Below, piece by piece: positions 49,146 through 60,796 of a stretch of 64,000 nt of DNA. The DNA is from Cetorhinus maximus. Its lineage: Eukaryota. The stretch covers positions 18,786,001 through 18,850,000 of the forward strand of contig NC_135905.1 of assembly GCF_964194155.1 (NCBI RefSeq). The letters are read 5' to 3'. The number at the start of each line of letters is the position of its first letter. Positions within the stretch are counted from its first letter, which is position 1. Position numbers and translations under genes: made by a program. Below the pieces are notes generated by a model. It was not told the origin of the DNA, did no database searches, and worked only from the letters and a program-made list of their open reading frames with translations.

Positions 49146-50464
49146 ATATACATTACTTATTGGGTAAATGAGGTAATTTCTGTTGCCTGATGAACGTCTT
49201 TATAAAAGTGGAATAATTACTAAAATTTATTTGGTATTAGTATAGGATAAGGTGGAGGAAAAATGCAAAGAAAGGCTCTGAACTAATTTGCCAAACGTGT
49301 ATTTGAAATTCGAGTTAAAAGTGATAGCAAAACTTTTTTAAATTTCAGTTGTTGTTTCATAACAAGCCTTTGGTGTAAGGAATGTGTTTTAACTGACGGA
49401 CAAGTAATCCTGCTCACACCCCATATCCAAGGTGAAACGTTAAACCTTATTGCACAATGAGATCTTCTGCCAACTGTTTGCCTCAGACTTGAGTCAGTTC
49501 CTACCACAGAAGGACATATAGATATTAAAATGCACTAGCTAATAGACCCCTTGTCATAATTCAATCGCCTGTTATCAATGGCTGGACAAAAAAAAAAGGA
49601 AATTAATTTATTGAGTCATCTCCTGCCTTACACAATGCCAAGTCTTTTAAAATGTTCGATTTTGAAAATGAAAAGGGCTCAAATTTAATGACCGCCAGAA
49701 ACATTTATACTATTTATGCACATTTATTTGACCTATCTGAGTCTCACGCCAGAAGTCATTTGCTGGATCCAGAGAAATGCAAAAGCTGAAGCTACTTTTG
49801 GCAGGCTGCGATGCCAATGAAGTCCATTTTGCAAAGTAAATTGGCCAGAATAGTTGATTAAAACTGATGCGTAACTGCAGTAGATTGTCCTTTACATTGA
49901 GTCAATCCGAAAATCAAAACAAACTGAAGTCACATTGAGCACACCAAACCGCCGAGTGCCAATTACGCCCGAAAACAAAACGCAGCCGTGGTCATTACCG
50001 TTTCTAGACTTCGAAAGGCAGTGTTCAGCTGATTGCATCTGGACGGGTGCTTCAGCACTTGGGTGGTGTTAGCAATTTGTCTGCATCTGTCTGCATGTGT
50101 ATACACGCCTGCTTGTCGGGTATTAGTGGTTCCAAAAGGGTGTATCGATTCATATCTGCGTGTTGCTGTGTTTATGATGGCGTATGTTTGTGTCTCTGTA
50201 CATGTGGGAATTAATTACATAAAAATACAAAGACATGTACCTATACAATATATAAATATGCCCCTGCTTTCCCCGTGTATCAAAGCTGCGTGTGTTCCAG
50301 TCGCTGATCAGAGGTACCTCTAGCTGCTGTAAGTACTAAACCTGTTGACATTATACAAAGTGTCCCGTGGATTCAATCCCGTCGCCAGCTACCCTGTTAG
50401 TTTCAGGCCCTTTCTCTCTGCCAAACTGATTTTTTCCAGGCACGGCCGCAAAAAGTACAAGAGA

Positions 50465-50850
50465 TAGCTTGCATTTATATAGCGACTTTCACCACCTCGG
50501 GAGTTCCTAAAGCCCTCTACGGCCAGTGAAGTACTTTTTGAAGTGTGGTCACTGCGCTGAAATTCAGCGGCCAATCTTCGGACTGCAAGATCCCACAATG
50601 TCACAGCGACCAGATAATGAGTGGTGTTGGTTGAGAGATAAATATTGACCAGGACGCCGGGACCCCTCCCTCCCCTCCCCTCCTTTTGAAATAGTGCCAT
50701 GGGATCTTTTTTACCTCCAACCCAGCGGGTAGACTCAGCTTCATCTTCGGTTGGGGAGGCAGCGTTCTCGCCAGTACTGCACTGGATTTTACGCTCGGGT
50801 CTTTCCATTGGGACTTAAACCCACAACCTCCTGATTTCGGATGTCAAAGT
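50465..50850 (-). mobile_element. DeuSINE-like (SacSINE1-type) tRNA SINE with L2-type tail; head fragments also at about 6355-6535 and 8005-8090
   Basis: Minus strand: tRNA B-box-like ggtttaagtccc, central 'aaagatcccatggcactatttcaaaag...gtcctggtcaatatttatc', tail 'gaaagtcgctatataaatgcaag'. Family name from memory. Confidence 0.7.
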
Positions 50851-53160
50851 AATGGGTCAGAAATCTATAGCGTAGTATAGCCGGAGTGACTATTAAATTA
50901 ATCTGTGTGGGTGTTGCTCGAATCATTAGAAATAAAATCGTGCATTTCCCAGAATGTGTAGATTTTTGTTGCATCAGTCAGATTGAAGTTGCTTTGATCA
51001 CTTTCTAGTCCTGGATCTTCCAACTGATATAACACATTAAGCCCATTTCAGTCGGAGCGTGAAGGGGTTTTGTATGTCTCAATCTACCTCCCTGTCTCCC
51101 AAAAATCCTAACAGAGAAAAAAAATAAAGGATCAGTTTTGCCCAACTTAACCTGGTGATTCTAGTGTAAATGTATCGGCCAGAAGTATGGAACGCCCCTG
51201 CAATGAATTCCTAAAGTTTTCTCTCTTGGCCGCCGAAGTGGACACAACTTTTTGTGAATGACCTCAGCCGTGAATTAAAGTGGGGGTGACTGTCCTTTCT
51301 GAGGCTCCCTTTTCATTATGAAACAAACACCGACTGTAGTCAAACCAATTGGCCTCAAGTTGCAGACGAGACGAGACATTTTGGGGTCCAGCTGTAACTC
51401 TGAGTGACTAGCGAAAGGGTGGCTTTCTAGTGCTATTATTATTCATGTGAATTTACCGACGCCCTGCTCCTAATTGATGGTTTGAGAATGCGGCAGTGAG
51501 CGCTCTCCAGTGAATGGAGCGGATGGGGGCTGGAACAGTGACTACAGTTTCGAAGCTATGGTGCTTCATTCTGGGTAGACCCACTGGTGTCAAACGCCAG
51601 TTTGAGCCGCATTCGTGCGAGAATCGCTGCTTTCGGCGCTGCCCGCTAATTGAAGGCTTTGGGGAAGAGGGGAAGGTTACTGAATCAATGCCCCGTCAGA
51701 GCCACACATCCCCAGAGGCTGAACAAAACCGATAAAATAAACTGAGATATTTACCAACCACGAAACAATTGTCAAGGAGCATTTTTGTAAACTGTGTCCC
51801 CTCCACTAACTGCCAGTGCCCCAATTATGTCAAGACCTCTCCAACCCCCTCAGGAGCTTCAGTTGCCCACCACCCCCCGACTCGGTCTGTAATGTTTACC
51901 TCCAGTATGTTTGGTGCAGCTCCCAGTTGCAGTTCGGGAAGGTGGGGACCTATTTCTCTGACCCACGGAGTCAGGGCGAACATGAAACGATGGGCTGAGA
52001 AATGGATTCGATAAGGTGGGAACGATTGCTGATGAAATGAATTTCAGTTCTACTCGGGGAGGGATTGATGTGAACAGTTTTACTCTGAATGAACAGGAAG
52101 AGATTGGCCGCAGTGACTGAGATGCTGTTGAGAAAAAAAATGATAACATTAAGGGCGCAAGTAGCGAATATTCCGCTATTTTCAAGAATTGCCGCTCTCT
52201 GCAGCCTTTTTAATCAACCAGGCAGCGAGAATGAAAGGCTGAACGATGAATATCAAAGACCAAACACTCGGAGACTGTGGGCAAACTGAGGCACTAAGAC
52301 CCCCGTCCAAAAACCACGTGCGCTGACCATTTTTAATCTTCTAGCCACAAACAGTTCTAGTCTCTCTGTCCCACTTTTATAGTTTGTGATTATCTTAAGA
52401 GTTTGCAAGTGTTCAAAGTCACCCTTGTTCTCAGCCCTGTCTGAGTATCAAAGCAACAGATATTCTCCCGGAATCTGGTGAGTCAAATCCAGGTGACACA
52501 CCGAAAAGCACATCTTCGATGCAACATTGGATCCCAGCCCGGAGTCCCCGCTTCGTCAGGGAGGGAGGGGAGGGGGTCATTCTCGGAGCTGCAATTGGAG
52601 AAGATCTGGTCACATGTTAAATTAACATAATGGGCGTATTCAGATGTAACCAGACCGGGCGAAGCAAGAGTCTGGCAGAAGCTTTGGAAAACTCGAGCGG
52701 GTGGAAACCATGCGATTCAATCGCGGTGAACGGGCCACGACTCCGGCGTCCGCCAGTCAAGCAGGAGCCGGAGCCTGAATGTTCCAGGTGGGAGAAGGTA
52801 TGAACTGCACAGGTTCCTTTAGTCTGATCGCTCCCTAAATCACTAGAATCTTTTCCTTGTGGTTTTTGCTGGACTGGGCGAGGGATTAACAGCCACACGG
52901 GCTGGAAGAATTGACCTCTGGCTCCCTGAACGCGGAGCAGAGGCGATGCACCGACAAGACCCTGTCTGTCCGAATCACAGAGCGGGAGTAAAAGGCAGAC
53001 AAGGATGTCGAGGTAACAGTTACAGTATCCGCCGGCCAGAGTGACAGGGGACCCCCTCGGTTCTGTTGAAGTGGTTGGAAAGGTGGGGTGGTGGGTGGGA
53101 GCGGGGTGTGGGTGGAGGCAAGTGGGTGAAAGTTTGCACGGACCGTCATAGTGAACAGCC

Positions 53161-54759
53161 ATGGCTGCAGAAATGACAATCGGACTCGCCAAGTCAGTGG
53201 TGGTGAAATTTTCGGACGTGGTTGGCGAAAGAACTAAACAGATTAGCGGGGCAATGCAAGAGCCGCGGCGGCAGCGAAGAATTTTGCTCGTCATAGTCTG
53301 CATTGCCCTCTTATTGGACAACATGCTCTACATGGTCATTGTGCCAATCATACCAAACTACCTTGAAACTCTCCGAACTTATAAACTGGTCTATGTCACT
53401 TCAGTCTCCAATGGAACCAATGGTTCGATCGTCAATTCCACTCAGAGACCCATACTGTACAGGAACCCGAATGCAAACGAAGACATACAAATCGGGGTGC
53501 TCTTTGCATCCAAAGCCATCCTTCAGCTACTTGCCAACCCCTTGACTGGCACTTTCATTGACCGAGTGGGCTGCGACATCCCGCTCTTCATAGGACTCAC
53601 CATTATCTTCTTCTCCACCCTTACCTTTGCCTTCGGCGAAAGTTATGCCATGTTATTCGTGGCCAGGAGCCTGCAAGGGTTGGGGTCTGCGTTTGCAGAC
53701 ACCTCAGGGATTGCAATGATCGCGGACAAGTACACGGAAGAGTCCGAGAGGAGCACAGCCCTTGGCATCGCCTTGGCTTTCATCTCCTTTGGAAGTTTAG
53801 TGGCGCCCCCCTTTGGAGGTATTCTGTACGAGTTCGCGGGCAAGAGTGTCCCCTTCCTCGTGCTATCGTTTGTCTCCCTGTTGGACGGTATTCTGTTGCT
53901 CACGGTCATCACACCTTTTGCCAGCAGAACACGCGAAAACATGCCGCAAGGCAGCCCCATCTATAAACTTATGATCGACCCTTATATTGCCGTTGTAGCG
54001 GGGGCTCTGACCACCTGTAACATCCCTCTAGCTTTCCTGGAACCCACCATATCAAAGTGGATGAAGCAGACAATGAACGCCAGTGAGTGGCAGATGGGAC
54101 TAACGTGGCTGCCCGCATTTTTCCCCCACATCCTAGGTGTATATATCACTGTAAAACTAGCTGCCAAATATCCCAATTACCAGTGGTTCTATGGGGCTAT
54201 AGGCATGGTTATTATAGGGGCTAGCTCGTGTACAGTCCCAGCTTGCAGGAATTTTGAAGAACTTATCATTCCGTTGTGCTCCCTGTGTTTTGGGATAGCC
54301 CTAGTGGACACTGCCCTGTTGCCGACCCTTGCCTTCCTGGTAGATGTTCGTCATGTGTCTGTGTATGGTAGTGTATACGCTATAGCCGACATCTCCTATT
54401 CTGTTGCCTATGCCCTGGGACCTATTGTAGCCGGCCAAATTGTCCACACTTTGGGCTTTGTGCAGCTCAACCTTGGCATGGGCTGTGCCAACGTCCTGTA
54501 CGCCCCTGCCCTCCTGCTACTCAGAAACGTGTGCCAAATGAAACCCTCGCTTTCCGAGAGAAATGTCCTTCTGGAGGAGGGACCCAAAGGGCTATACGAC
54601 ACCATCAAGATGGAGGAACGCAAAGCCAGTAAGAAAGGGTATGGCAGCTCGGCGGGCAGCTATCCCATGGCTGGGATCCTGGATAGCACCGAGAGTGAGA
54701 GGAAACCAACTGGGCAGATTCTGTCCGAAGATGATTCATCGGGTAGTGATTACAGTTAA
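53161..54759 (+). CDS. SLC18A3: Vesicular acetylcholine transporter (VAChT), intronless, 532 aa
   Basis: Strong Kozak (gccATGG) preceded by in-frame TAG TGA. MFS 12-TM protein with [47 protein letters not shown], and the C-terminal SERNVLL dileucine motif. Lies upstream of the CHAT coding exons on the same strand. Confidence 0.99.
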   Translation: MAAEMTIGLAKSVVVKFSDVVGERTKQISGAMQEPRRQRRILLVIVCIALLLDNMLYMVIVPIIPNYLETLRTYKLVYVTSVSNGTNGSIVNSTQRPILYRNPNANEDIQIGVLFASKAILQLLANPLTGTFIDRVGCDIPLFIGLTIIFFSTLTFAFGESYAMLFVARSLQGLGSAFADTSGIAMIADKYTEESERSTALGIALAFISFGSLVAPPFGGILYEFAGKSVPFLVLSFVSLLDGILLLTVITPFASRTRENMPQGSPIYKLMIDPYIAVVAGALTTCNIPLAFLEPTISKWMKQTMNASEWQMGLTWLPAFFPHILGVYITVKLAAKYPNYQWFYGAIGMVIIGASSCTVPACRNFEELIIPLCSLCFGIALVDTALLPTLAFLVDVRHVSVYGSVYAIADISYSVAYALGPIVAGQIVHTLGFVQLNLGMGCANVLYAPALLLLRNVCQMKPSLSERNVLLEEGPKGLYDTIKMEERKASKKGYGSSAGSYPMAGILDSTESERKPTGQILSEDDSSGSDYS

Positions 54760-54995
54760 CCTCGACACCCTCCAGCAGCCGAACCTTCCAAGGACATAAG
54801 TGAATGAAATGCAGCATATCTTTGCCCTCTGTGATGTACTAGATGTCTAATATAAGCCAGAATTGATGTAATCATTGCTGTGAATTACTTTTGTATAATT
54901 TATGTAATTGCTTATTTCATGGGTCTTAAGGGAATGGAGAATGTGATGAAGATGGGATTATTATGATCTGCATTCAATCAGAACCCAGCATTTCT

Positions 54996-55001
54996 AATAA
55001 A
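54996..55001 (+). terminator. Candidate VAChT polyadenylation signal AATAAA (alternatives: ATTAAA at about 55316, AATAAA at 55353)
   Basis: Hexamers in the AT-rich region 3' of the stop codon; usage unknown. Confidence 0.35.
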
Positions 55002-55959
55002 CTACATTTATCACGAATCTATTGAAATGATGTCCAGTGCAACATTTGCTCGAATTGTATCAGTGTGTTCGAGTTTTAGGTTGTACATCTGTGTGATAAA
55101 GTAAATAGCTGTACGTATCTTAAAAAAAAAAGTCATATAAACGTTCAGGGATCTGACGGGAAACACAATATTGTATATAAAAGTATGTTCTTTAGATTGT
55201 TCTCCCGGGGAAATCAATTGAAGCAGAAGTGATTGTGTATTTTTGGCTGAGAATGAATCTCTGTATAGGATTATTTGGACCATTGTGTGCTGCTATGTTA
55301 TAAATACAATGTCAGATTAAAGTCTCGATCAAGGTATTGGTGACTGAGTTTGAATAAATCGCCATCAGCGCTCTTTCATACCAATCACACATTCACTGCT
55401 CTCTGTGCTTCGGCACCGGCTTTAAGACACCAGGTCGACACAGCGTGACGCATTTTGTGCTTGCTTTAAAAAAATAGTTAGATTTTCACTTTGCATGTAC
55501 AATACGTATAAATCAGCGTATAAATGAAAACTTACCGGCCTTTAAAAAGTCAGTTTCTGGCAATTTAGTGGGTGAACATACCGGGAATGAAATAATCCAG
55601 CTACTTCCACCAATATATAAATAACTAAAACATTCTCAGTATCCTATTTTTTTAATATATGAATTCCGGTCTCGCTCAGCGTTCCCGTTGGAACAAACTG
55701 AATTGGCGTTCACACCATAAATGTTCCTACATGAAACGACAATCACTTTGTGATGACCCACGGGAAGCCTGTGGGTATCTTATTTGGTTCTCGGACACGT
55801 GAAAATCTCTTGTTGCTAACCGAAGCAACAGGGAGTCTGCTGCATCCACCTGGGAAATTGTTCTCAATTCAATTCGTCAGAATTTTCCTAGACAATTATG
55901 AAACCAGAAACACATTGATTGGCAAATGAATCAGAGGCCGCACGAAGGGGGGGAAAAAA

Positions 55960-56210
55960 CACATTTTTAAGGCGGGGTGGTTAGGATTTGGAATGCGCTG
56001 CCTGACAGGGGCGGTGAAAACAAACCCCATAATAACTTTAAAAGGGAATTGGATATATACTCGAAGGAGAATTGGAGGGAAAATGATAGGGATTGGGAGA
56101 ACGAGCCGGGGAGTGGGACAAACTGGATTGCTGTTCTAAAGGGCTGGCACAAACTCGATAGGTCGAAGGGCCTGTTTCTATTTTGTACCATCCTATGTAT
56201 GAATCAATGA
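55960..56210 (+). mobile_element. CR1 LINE 3'-end fragment
   Basis: 'VVRIWNALP...FKRELDIY' plus a CR1 tail. Confidence 0.75.
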
Positions 56211-59023
56211 AAATGAGTCCATCCCAGCTTTTCACTGAACACCGGGAGGCAGGCTCTCTCTCGGTCATATATTGGGAAATCACGATTACAAAAATGCACA
56301 ACATGTTAATCAATGTGCAAACACAAGTTTCAGTTGATGCTACACATTGGAGTTTGAGTACGATCCAGGCGGTCTGCTGGCTCTGGGCACCGCTGACATA
56401 TTCGATGACGGGAAGGCAAAACCAACGATTTTCCGGGAGACCTAAAAAAAAATAGGTCCAGCTGCGGGTGAGGCATGTGAGCTGAAACCTGTTGAAACTT
56501 TAAAGGGAAAATCCTTGCAGAAGCAAGGTATCGGAAGTTGCGTCGGCCCAGGGGTGCCGAGACCTTAAAGGACTTGGGTAAGAAACTACTCTACAAGCGC
56601 TAACGTGGCACGATGCAGCTTCTGCCCCAGAACCTGCGAATATTCGCCGACAACTGGCATTCGAGCACATTGGACAGAAACCTCGATTGTTGCCTCAGCC
56701 GACATCGAGCTCCTTACCACGATTATATGACCAGATTTCACCAGCAGACCACATAAATCAGACCGCATCAGGAAATGGCAACTCGTTACACATGAGACAA
56801 TCGACACCCATTATAAAAGTCAGAATCAGAATTTCACCACGGTCGAAGAAACACTGGAGATCGTTTTCTTTTTTCCTCTCAAAACTTTGAGAATAAGCGG
56901 CATTTTTGAAAATACATTTTTTTTAAAAGATCAATGAAAAGTTATAAAAATGAATAAAGATTTGCAATAAACGAAAAGAATAGCTCGCTTGTGATATTTT
57001 TATGTGGAGAATATAATAAATCGAGAAAGAGGCCAGTGTTAAGCTATTTCAGCATGGAAGAGGGAGGTTTGGAAGTATCTCTTGTTAGTGTTCAATACAC
57101 TGGCTAACGATTGGCGGGATTACTGCTAACTGCGCCTTGGGTTATACTTTCGCAGCGCTCTTTCGTCTTATAGTGAAAAATAATAGGACCTTCCATTAAA
57201 ACCTAGAACAGCTCATCAATACTTCTCAATCGCGAAATTATTCATTACACACACACATTCAGCAACCTCTCAGGGTTACACGGCATAGTTACTCGAATTC
57301 TGCATTGAATGAATCCGCCAAATTTGAAATTTGCAAAGTCATCAATTGTCATGTTGCTTTTTGGAATAGACTGTACTTGATACTGAGAGTGACGTCTAAA
57401 TATGTAGACGTGAGAATGTGCGATTGTATGTCAGAACATTCAAGTCTCGATTACTTCCAATTTCAGATCTCCAGCAAACTTTCGCGGGGAAAACATTCCA
57501 CCGCTTTTACAAGCTTATCTATTGGAGGCAGCGAGGAGTAGATTGTTCTATCGTGTTCCTGGTTATTACCAATAAAATATCACGTTATTCTGGACGATTA
57601 CATTACTGCTCTCTTCCCATTAATGTGCTTCCGGGTTTCTCATCGGCAAGACAATGTGTCTAGTGGAAAGACCCTTCAAGTTAGGAAAATTCGAATATCT
57701 TATATGTGTCGGTCGAACACAACACACAATCCCTTTTCAATTCATTTACAAACTAAGCGAGAGGTGCTCAATCCTCTCCATATTGCTTTATTCTTCCTTT
57801 GAAATAGGATGAGCACATTGGGCTGTTTCATGGCACCCCACCTAATAAACGCAACATGTACCCTTCTTTGATTCTATCTAGATTATCTTCTGAACGATCA
57901 TTGCTGAAAAGCTATGAAATACACACCTACAAATTACCAGCGTTAGATATTAGGAAGGCCGGTACAAAGTAGTCGCCCAGCCCGCCCCTGGACTCTGGCC
58001 ACTTCAGTTCCCAATGTCAAATGAATGGATAGGGTGCTACGTATGATGCTGTCGTTTTGAGTGCTCGGCGAATAGGGAAAAGGGGAGGGCTCTGCTGGCT
58101 TAAGAGAAAGTACACCGGAGTTTGCACACACATCCCCGTTCAGGTTCCATCGCACGTCAGGAACAGGAGTGAAGAAGTCAGAATGGGTGGAAAATGCGAG
58201 CAGACTGAGAGAGCTTTCTACGCAGCCCAAACCTAGCTTCCCAAAACATGGGATTGGACAGGGAATTTCTATGAATCCGCCGTTCCCTTCGTTTTATCTG
58301 AACTCATGAAGCAGTGGACACCTCGGTAAGTGTGAACACCAGTTTGTTAACGATTGGCGCGAAAAGCTCATTCTGAAAATGATGTGCGGACAGGTGCAAT
58401 GTTGCAGAATACTCAAGTTTCTAATCCGATAGAGTTGGATCCCCTTGATTCGTGCGTAACCCAGTTGGAGGGCACTTAAAAGTTGATTGATCTGAATTTT
58501 CCTGCGCGCCTGTCCTCGAGAAAGGGTTTTATTTGAAGCGGTATTACAGTTGCATTCTTGGTCATTCTTTTAATCTATTTATATAGACACTGAAAGGTGC
58601 TTGTGTCAAATTATACACTGTGCAGATGTTCGGTTGGCGGAATGGTTTTAATGGGTTTAATGCTGTTCAAAAGGAAGTGTCGCTTTGTAACTCTTCCTTA
58701 AATGGTATTCTGCCATTTTTTCCAATTTATTTCAAGAACGGGTTAGTAATGACCAGAGATTCTAATTTACTTTCATGTCGATGTGGATAATAATGAGGTT
58801 AAATGCGAGGAAAGGCAACATACAGAGAGATACGAGGAACAGGTATAAAGATAGACGCAGAGAATACCTTGCTGTGTTTTTATATCGAGCAGTGATCTGG
58901 TCTTTAATCCATCGATACAGTGCTAAATGTTTGCATTATCTGTTCAAAGCAGGAGCTCACTGATCCCGTGTCCCGGTTGTTTGTGTCTCTTTTCCATCGG
59001 CATCGTGCGCTCACACTGGAACC

Positions 59024-59086
59024 ATGCCCGTCCTCAATAATTCCAACCAGGACATGATCCGACCGAAAACTCGCCGGAACAGCCAT
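59024..59086 (+). CDS. CHAT: CHAT first coding exon (coding part)
   Basis: Kozak gaaccATGc, MPVLNNSNQDMIRPKTRRNSH |gtaact, phase 0, in frame with the next exon. Vertebrate ChATs start MP(I/V/D).. as I recall. Candidate acceptor aaag/cag at about 58949-58952. Confidence 0.7.
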
Positions 59087-59858
59087 GTAACTATAACTTT
59101 TATACACACACTTCACGGTCTTACCCAGGTGTACAGGTGGCTGCTGCAATGTCCTGTACCTGTGCAGCTCGGTAATCGAATGTTAACTGAGTGCTATGTT
59201 TAAATGAAGCTGGGTACAGTCACTAGTCAAACCCCTGCGGATGCTGAAAATCTGAAATAAAAACAGAAAATGCTGGAAAAACTCAGCAGGTCTAGCAGCC
59301 TCTGTGGAGAGAGAAACAGTTAACGTTTCGAGTCCGCGTGACTCTTATTCCTGTCAAATATTAATTTAGTTTTTCCGTCACTCAATGGGGTTAAATACGT
59401 AAAATCATTAGTTTAATTGTCACGGCCATTGTAATATAGTTCTAAAGGATGATTTAATGGGCAGAGTTTAGCATTGTAGGGTAACATTGAACAATGGATA
59501 TTTCTAAACCATTCACAGGGTTTGAGTTCAAATGGTACAATGTACTTTCGACTTAAGGCTTCCTCCACGAGCCACACAAGACACCCAACTCAAATAATGT
59601 GCAGGCAGTAACCCTATCTCAGGTCTCTCGAATATTCATAGCAATGAGAAAGTCGGCTTTGTCATGCAAATGGCACTTTGGGGGGGTGGGGGGGGCGGCA
59701 GTTTCTAAATGCAAGTTGTTGTTGGTGTAACGAAAGGCGTTGTCAGCAAATAGCATAGAGGAACAACCTCGCGGTTTCGGTTAACCGAGTAGCTTCCGAT
59801 TTAAAGACGGCTGTTGCCCCCCGCCGCCTTACTTCTTTCGGGTTTGTCTGTACCGCAG

Positions 59859-60050
59859 GTGCTGGCCAAGCTGCCTGTGCCCCCTCTGCAGGCGACCCTG
59901 GACACGTACCTGAACTGCATGAGACACCTGGTCACAGAGGATCAGTACAAAATCACCAAAGCCACCGTCGAAAGGTTTGGCGCCCGTGGGGAGGTTGGAG
60001 AGTTTCTGCAGCAACAACTGATAAAACGAAGAGAAGGCAAAGTAAACTGG
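59859..60050 (+). CDS. CHAT: Choline O-acetyltransferase coding exon 2
   Basis: taccgcag| VLAKLPVPPLQATLDTYLNCMRHLV...KVNW |gtaagt, 192 bp, with the LPVPPL choline/carnitine acyltransferase signature. Confidence 0.96.
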
Positions 60051-60578
60051 GTAAGTAAGTGGGCGCCTTCAGACTGAGATCTGGTTAACACACCGATGCC
60101 CTGTTTTCCTTCCTCAGGAAACACTTAGCCAGACTATGCGAGTAACTGTAACTGTTATATTGATAAAGTTATACGTAAATGTTCCAACCTCTGTGTTGCA
60201 GATGATGTCAGTTTCACTGGTGTTTTGCGCTGCCAAATTAACATCGATTGCAGATATTCCCAATAAACCATCCCATGTCTTTAAGGCTCCTCGCTAATTA
60301 GGTTGATCAAGTAGACCTGAGATGCATTTCATTGGGTCATTCTGCAATGATAGAAAGTTCGTTATTTAATTTTGCCTAAACATCCGAACCATACGATGGA
60401 ATCTAGGGATCACCGATTCGAAATTTGTGAATGAACGGGCGTCAAAAAAATAATTTCTTTAATATTTAAATTGAAACCGAGGAACGAACTAGACCTACTC
60501 AAAACAAAGGCATTTCTGAAATTAGGGACATCCATGAATCAGAGGTGACATTAAACAGGTTTTCCATTTCTCCCCAAG

Positions 60579-60697
60579 GTTTACGAATGGTGGTTGGACG
60601 ACATGTATCTACGCAATCCAGCTGCCCTTGTGGTAAATTCCAGTCCTGGAATGGTATTCCCTCGCCAGAACTTCAAGGATGAGGGTGATCAACTCAG
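60579..60697 (+). CDS. CHAT: CHAT coding exon 3
   Basis: tccccaag| [39 protein letters not shown](R) |gtgcga, 119 bp. Confidence 0.95.
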
Positions 60698-60796
60698 GTG
60701 CGATCATACTTCATATAACACGGCAGAAATGCGCTGCGCTGTATAACGCACAGTAACAAAATATTCCAATACAGCCATCAGGAGGCTGAGATATTC

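Noticed and set aside
52617-53324. 235-aa antisense ORF overlapping the VAChT 5' end, and other antisense ORFs in 53643-54817
   Set aside because: No recognisable domain; non-ATG or weak starts; expected shadow ORFs in GC-rich coding DNA.
57809-57900. Upstream in-frame extension of CHAT (82-kDa-like isoform) from the ATG at 57809
   Set aside because: No similarity to ChAT and no evident in-frame splice path to 59024; at most a non-coding leader exon.
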